A stretch of DNA of 64,000 nt, taken from NCBI RefSeq assembly GCF_009914755.1, contig NC_060925.1; one strand, written 5' to 3'. The stretch is from the human T2T-CHM13v2.0 reference genome, Homo sapiens. This document shows, piece by piece, positions 57,420-64,000 of this stretch. The notes under the pieces are model-generated. The model was given only the letters and a program-made list of their open reading frames with translations, was not told the DNA's origin and did no database searches. A program made the translations under genes and the position numbers. Within the stretch, counting starts at the first letter, position 1; every line of letters begins with the position of its first letter.

Positions 57420-58060
57420 ATCCCTAGTGTCAGGGAGTTCATTTTAGAAAGCTAGTCCAGAAATGCAAGGAAGAATGAGAAAAAAGTCTAACTTAAGATA
57501 GTAATGAAAAAAGGAAGCTGGATCACCTGAAAAGGATTTTAGTGAATGATATGGTAGAAGTGAGACAAAGAGAGGATTAAAGGGAGTACAGAGATTTCTA
57601 GATTATAAGTTTATTTAAATGATGTTGTCAATGCAAACTAAGACTATAGGAAGCTGAACAGACTGTATTTTGGATGGAGACTATATTTTGTAACAGAAAT
57701 AAAATTTGAAAAGCACGTAGAACACCTTGTTGGATGTATCTAGGAGGCAGTTGATATACTGAGCTTGGAAATGCTCAGACCTATTATATAAATTTGGGAA
57801 TCAATACTTTATGCTACCTGAAATCATGGAAGCAGATGAGACAACCCACAGTGACACAGCAGGGCAAGAATACAAGAACACTAAAGGCAGATCCCTTGGG
57901 TAATCTTACAAGTAAGGGGAGGAAGCGGAAATGAGGAGCAGCTAAAAAACAGAGAGGCAGAAGTAGAACAACAGATACAAATGACACCATCAAATACAAA
58001 GAGGTCAGAAACAAATGGTTTGAAAATCAGTAACCCAGAAGAAGTGAAATAAAACCTACA
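57420..58060 (-). mobile_element. L2 fragment
   Basis: ggatgtatctaggaggcagttgatatactgagcttgg...ataaatttgggaatca...tgaaatcatggaagcagatgag. Confidence 0.7.
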
Positions 58061-59220
58061 GAGATACTGAAAACAGAAGGACTAGTGTAATGGCTTAATA
58101 TCTCTTCCTGCTTTTTCCAATTGTGATTCTATCAGCCTGGATGAAGCACCTATTTTCCTTCTTCTTCCTGGCTAACCTCTGCTCACACTCACTCTTGCCT
58201 ACCTGCTCACCCACCTAAAATGCAGCTGTGCTACTGTCCTCTGATAACACACTGTACAATCCTCTGTCATGCATTTCATTTAATACCCTAGATGGCAGGT
58301 CTACTTTTTTATTTTCTTAACAAAAAATGTGGGCTCTTGGAAGCAAGGATGCTACATCTCTTTTTAAATGGGGACAGTATTTGGCACACTGTGGATGCTT
58401 CTAGATCACACTTCACAGCCTTTTGATTAGAAATGAGAGAAGTTGATTGGAAAAGACTTATCTCAAATATACCTAATGATAGTAATTGTACATGAAGAAG
58501 AACTTAAGCAAACACAATTAGGAAAAATTACAGCTCATCAGTCAAGTGCTCATAGTGAGACAGGGCTTCTAAGGAGAGAGAGAGAGAAAAAAAAAAGAGT
58601 AAATGCCTAATTTTGACTTTTAATGCAATGTTCCCTGGTTGTCTGACCACCAACTTCTGGAAACTTCCCATAATCAGCATATTTCTTATATGCCTCTAAT
58701 TTGTGTTTCCAAGTTTTCCTTGGCTCCCTCACTCCTGGCTTCCTGCCCTAAAATGTCCCACTGCCTTATGGAACACTGCTCAGCACATAAATCAGTGACA
58801 CTTTGTTTCCCAGCATGAGTACTGTGAACAGTTTACTCTTTGAAGAACCTCAAAGTGAACTGAAGAGATCAATGGGTCCCACTTCCAAGGAAGTGAATGA
58901 TGTTTTATCTATACTGGTTTGCTGCTAAATTTTTTTAAAGATAGCCAGGAAGAGAACCTCCCAATTATTCTCAGTATGAATTGTGTAATAACTATATGGG
59001 ATAAAAATATATACCATTTAATTCTGTTTTTCTTGAAGGTGACCTAACAATACCTTTCAATGAAAATCTGGGGACCAAAATATAAATCAGTTCCAATCAT
59101 CTCAAGAAATATTTGTTATTTCAATAAATAGGTACTATACTGATTTCTGAGAATATATGGACCCAACCTGCATATTCCTTACAGTCTAGCAGGGAAATAA
59201 AACTGACTTTTAATTATTGA

Positions 59221-59552
59221 ATAGGTTGGTCTGTTCAGGCTGCTATAACAAAAAGACTGCTATAAGCCATAGACTGGGAAGCTTATAAACAACAGAAATG
59301 TATTTCTCACATTCTGGAGTCTGGGGAGTTCAAGATCGAGGCCTTGACAGAGTCAATGTCTGGTGAGGACCATCTTCCCACTGTCTTCTCACATAGCAGG
59401 AGAAATGAAGGACATCTCTGGAGTCTCTTTTATACAAGCTCTGCCCTCATGACCTAATCATCTCCCAAACGCCCTTCCTTCAAATACCGTAGCATTGGGG
59501 ATTAGGTTTCAGCATATGAATTCTGAAGGGACACAAACTTTCAGTGTATAAC
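59221..59552 (-). mobile_element. MLT1A/MSTD-like MaLR solo LTR, within an L2 fragment
   Basis: ttcaggctgctataacaaaa...ccatagactgggaagcttataaacaacagaaatgtatttctcac...ctgccctcatgacctaatca...gggacacaaactttcagtgtataaca. Confidence 0.88.
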
Positions 59553-59759
59553 ACAAAATAAATAAATGACAGCATAAAGGACAAGAGTTTTTAACATATT
59601 GATTTGATGATTGAATATTCTGCCCTTAAAAAGTGACTTTAAATATCTTAACAGACTCTATTAACTCTAAAAACCTCAGCAATGTTCTCACTGAGCAAGA
59701 AAATTGTTGAAAGGATCTTCAAACTCACCTGTTCCTTTCATTCACTTACCCTCATTTCT

Positions 59760-60390
59760 TAAGTGCCATATGATCATTCCCCTGCTTAAATATTATCAGT
59801 GGCTTCCTATCACCCAAAGAATAAGCCTAAATTCTTTAGCTATGGATTAAAGAAGCCCATGAGTTCTTTGTTTCTTGTCATTTTTAATCATTTAACCACT
59901 ATGGACTTCTAGCTTTATTTCTACCAAATATCACACTCACCCTGAAAGACACGCCACATGTACACACACATTTCACACTTCATAATCTGAAACTGAGAGT
60001 TCCCTAAAAGTATCATGGTGGTTCACAAAGTCTACCTTGTACAAACTATTCCCGTTGCCTAAAAGCCTCTCTCTACCAGTTCTGTTTCCCCGTGTCCTTC
60101 TGCTGCTGCTAAATGCTTCTTCCTTCTTTTAGACTTTCCTGCTGGTCCTTCTGTGCTCCTCCAAAAATGTTGGAAGTGTTCCCACTCCCTCTTAATGCTC
60201 TCTGTGTTTCTGTGGACTCTTCTGCATGCTTCTCTCTCAGCATTTGCCACATTGGTTATGTTCATGGATCTCCTCAACCAGACTACAAGAGCTTTAATAG
60301 CAGAGACAGTTTAGTAGATTATTTTGACATCCCTAGCGTATAAACCAACACCTGGCGTAGTACCTACTCAATATACATTTACTAAATAAA
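59760..60390 (+). mobile_element. L2 3' region
   Basis: tgatcattcccctgcttaaatattatcagtggcttcctatcac...ccagactacaagagcttt...acctggcgtagtacctactcaatatacattt. Confidence 0.75.
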
Positions 60391-61810
60391 GCATTTATTC
60401 ACAAAAATGTGTCATTAACAGTAATAAATATTTCACACAAAGCAATGATGCTCAAAATAAAAGAGTAGTAACAGAACACAATTTTAAATTAGTTTGGCAG
60501 GAACTGAAATTCTATTTCTATTAAAAATGTCATGTATCAGAAGGTAATCCAGGGCTCAGCAGGTGCAAAGGTGTAATCATGGTTCTTGAGGAACATTACA
60601 AAGCATCGGTAAGTAGCTTTTTTTTTTTCCTTTCTCAATAGCTATAGAGATAAACTTGTTTTAAATACTCTGGCCTTATAAAGCTGTACATTATACCACA
60701 GGCTAACATTTGGTTGGTCCTTCAAAATAATGTGATTTACAAACATAAGCTTGCACAACACTAAGCTGAGAATTGATAGATCAAGCCGTATTTACTGCAA
60801 ACCTGAAACCTTATATTAATTTCCATGTTTTAATTAAAAAATATATTTTACAATAATCTTACTATGGTCTGCACTCAGATCACAACCTGTAATAGTCCCT
60901 GATTTTTATGGCTGGTTTTGTGTGGCATACCTAATGTACAATGAAGTCTTAAATGCTTGCTTAATAAAGAATTTTAAATACAGATTACACGATTCTTCCT
61001 CTGCAACACTTTCAGCCTAATGCCCTTGTTCTGCAGGGAATTTAATTAGCATGTGCCCTGATCTTGTCCTCCAAGCCTTCATTGCTTCAGACAAGCATGG
61101 GTTTAATTGAGAGAAAACCAAGCTGTGACTGTGACTCAGGTTTAAAGGCTGTTTCTCTGAGCAAATTAAATCCTGTAGAATGACTGAGTGTTCTGTTCCA
61201 TACCCTTCTGATTTAATGCTGTATATTAATTGTTGTTCTCCTATCTTCTACTCCGTGATTGTTTTCCCCAGGATCCTATTGAGGGTGATTGATGTTCAGA
61301 TAAATTTGTCGGTTTCATATAGAGAAAGAAAGATTAACATGTGCTAGTAGGAACACTGGGTTACAAGATTTTAGATTAACCTAAATATTAACACAATATT
61401 AACACATGCTTTGGCAGATTTAAAAAGGAAGAACATGGTAAATAAAATGCAAAGCTGATAATCAAGAAAAAGAATCCTGTTTTCTTAAGGACAGTTTCTA
61501 ATACCTCCCTGTATAACATATAAACAGTTGTGCCTTTTGGTTTATCGGTTAACCCTTGATCATGCTCATAGACACTTGCAAAGAACTGAGGAGAAAACCA
61601 GATTCTTAAGTGTTTATTCCCAGTACCACCTCGCCTTCATGTAGAACTGTAAGGTTCTGCAGGACAGGAGTAGGAGCCATACCTTGCATTGGTTACAGGC
61701 TCCAAATGTGTTTCTTGAACTTGAATTTTACTGTAACATCCAAGTTTACTTAGAACAAGTGCAAAGGTATCAATTTTTAAACCACTCCTCATTTTCCTTT
61801 CTCTTCAATT

Positions 61811-61866
61811 TCTTTCTTCTTCTTCTTCTTCTTCTCATTATTATTATTATTATTGTTATTATTATT
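61811..61866 (+). repeat. Compound (CTT)n/(ATT)n microsatellite
   Basis: Read directly from the sequence. Confidence 0.9.
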
Positions 61867-62904
61867 GAGCACTTACTTCTATAAATAGCCTCAAAACTTT
61901 CTGGAATGAAGCAGAACATAAAAACAGGGGAAAATGATGAAAGAAAATTAATTCAACATTTTCACAGAAGGAGAAAAGAAAACTGGTAAAAACATTTTTG
62001 TAGTTACATTTCTAGTTTACCTTATATTATCAGAGTTTCATTTAACTGAAGTCTTCTGCCTTGTGCAGCTAATGGTTTATGTTAAATGTATTTGCCAAAC
62101 TGGACTCCTTAGGAAGAAGCAAGTTCACTTGTGAAATCCAACTTCATCTTTATTAACTAAAGGCCATTACGAACGCTAAATTTTTTGTTGAAAAAAAAGT
62201 CATCTTGGGTATGATGCCAATCTAAATAAAGCCTACTTCATGAATTTGCTTATTTTTCTCTTTTCCCTTCAGACATTAGCCAGCTAAAGTTGTTACACAT
62301 ACATTAATTACACCAATTACTCCCAACTGTATATGTACATGCATTCAAGACTTGATTATCTGAGCTAAAAGAAGTGGTTATGCATGGCACAAATAATACA
62401 AATAAGCAAAAAATTCAAATCCCATGTACATTGAATTAATGAATGCATTATATATTTGTGGCACAGCTAAGTTACCTTATTATGTTTTGCTTAATTTAAT
62501 AATTCAATTACCTTGCATTTCCTTATTCCACCCAGGTAATGAAAGGGAAAGCAGGTCCAGCTTCATAACAGGCACTGGAAAAATCAAGCCTACAATTTAA
62601 GGATTTGGTGATAGTCTTCTCTTTCTTCTCTGTTTTCAAATTCGTCTTTTGTATGTTTGTAGTTAGACATTCCCCATAATGTTGCTTTAATATCCTACAA
62701 TGTCCAACACATATGGAAAAATTATCCTCACAGATATCACAATAAAGATTCATGCATTCATCTCCCGTGATTAAAAGAAGCTGGAAGAAAGCCAGTTCCT
62801 ACCTAACAGTAATTCCAAATTTAATTTCCTTGGAGTTTAGGAAGGTACTTAGTTCTTTGAGTTAATCTTTATAGAAGTTTCCTAGTTTAGATCACCCTTT
62901 GTTA

Positions 62905-63330
62905 GGCTGCATGGTGTAATGCAGTGGTTCTCAAAATGTAGTGTGCAAAACAGAATAACTTAGATGGTTTCTTGAAAGAGATTTCAGGGCTTCCACCCCC
63001 AGGTTTCTGATTCAGTAGGTCTAGGACGGGGTCCAATAATTTGCATTACTAACAAGTTCTCAGGCAATGCTGATACCGCTAGTTTAAGATCTCACTTTGA
63101 GAGTCACTAGTGTAAAGGTTAAGTTTAAACTCAAATTCAGCACCACAAGCTATGTGTCCTAGGGCAATATATTTAACCTCCAACCTCAGTTTTCTTATTT
63201 GAAACCTAGGAATAATAATAGCAACCTACATCATAGAGTTGTTTTTTTTTTTTTGGTGATTAAATGAGTTATACGTTTAAAATGTTTATAAAAATGCCTG
63301 ACACCTACTCAGTACTGAAATAGTGTTATT
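62905..63330 (+). mobile_element. MIR interrupted by MER5A
   Basis: gcatggtgtaatg | ggttaag...agctatgtgtcctagggcaatatatttaacctccaacctcagttttcttatttg...gattaaatgagttatacg. Confidence 0.85.
62922..63109. mobile_element. MER5A (hAT-Charlie MITE), full length
   Basis: TIRs cagtggttctcaaa / tttgagagtcacta; core tctgattcagtaggtctagg...atttgcattactaacaagttctcagg; 8-bp TSD gtgtaatg / gtgtaaag. Confidence 0.93.
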
Positions 63331-63669
63331 GTTGTTCTTCGTACTTACACGCATAGGTCATCCAGCATAATCATAAATGAATTAACATCAAAGAAACAAA
63401 AAAAATGTCTTTCTCTGAAACATTTGGCTGAGTGCTGGACACTGGGAGAAAAAGAATGTTGATAGGCTTATTCTCCAGAGTGACCTGGAAAGGAAGATTC
63501 CAGGGAAGAATGTAAGTCTTGAATATATCATGATGGATCATCACAAGGCAAGAAAAGAATGCATGAAAGAGATAGAGGAAAGGGCACTAAGGTGAAAGCC
63601 TTTTATTTCTCCTTGATATGCCAATGCTAGGCTCATATTAGGGATTCAGTGAATATGTTTTACATGTCT

Positions 63670-63900
63670 AATATTTGTTTATTAATTCATGAGCTAAAAT
63701 TGAGCACACAAATGTGAGCAAAAACAGGCATGTTCTCTGTTCTCCTAGAGCTAAAACTTAAGTCTAAAAATTATATAAGACCATGTAGAAGAGCAAACGT
63801 GGCAAATGCCAAAGAGAGATTTACTGTTTTTAAGAAATCTGGAGACACTTCTCTGAAAAAACTAAGGATGTAGCTGAGGTACGGACAGACAGTGTAGGCA
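63670..63900 (-). mobile_element. L2 3' fragment
   Basis: gtgagcaaaaacaggcatgttctctgttctcctagagct...cttctctgaaaaa...agctgagg. Confidence 0.55.
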
Positions 63901-64000
63901 GGAGTACAGTTGCAGCCTTAAACATGGCAAGTTAAATAAATAAAAATTTCTTAGTTCCTGAGGTAGACAGATAGATAGATAAATGGTAATCCCTCAATGC

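Overview
AT-rich, CpG-poor primate (most likely human) genomic DNA, either intronic or intergenic, dominated by fossil transposable elements. These include several old L1s (two long, internally deleted copies at ~0.7-8.4 kb and ~46.3-52.0 kb, and a twin-primed 5'-inverted copy at 12.0-13.9 kb), five dimeric Alus plus one FLAM monomer, MaLR/ERVL LTRs, MER1B/MER5 DNA transposons, many MIR/L2 fragments and several microsatellites. I recognise no protein-coding gene, RNA gene or CRISPR-like array. The longer ORFs in the track are L1/Alu remnants, low-complexity artefacts or chance ORFs, and I cannot support a new biological system. Most worth checking: (i) an LTR element with mismatched ends (MLT2-type 5' LTR, MaLR internal region, MLT1C-type 3' LTR) that appears to sit in one target site; (ii) a CpG-retaining Alu/MER1B patch with an NRF1-like site; (iii) a pure (GAA)29 grown from a FLAM tail; (iv) a frame-preserving 171-nt candidate exon on the minus strand. 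Subfamily names come from remembered consensus motifs rather than an alignment. Boundaries of old elements are approximate.
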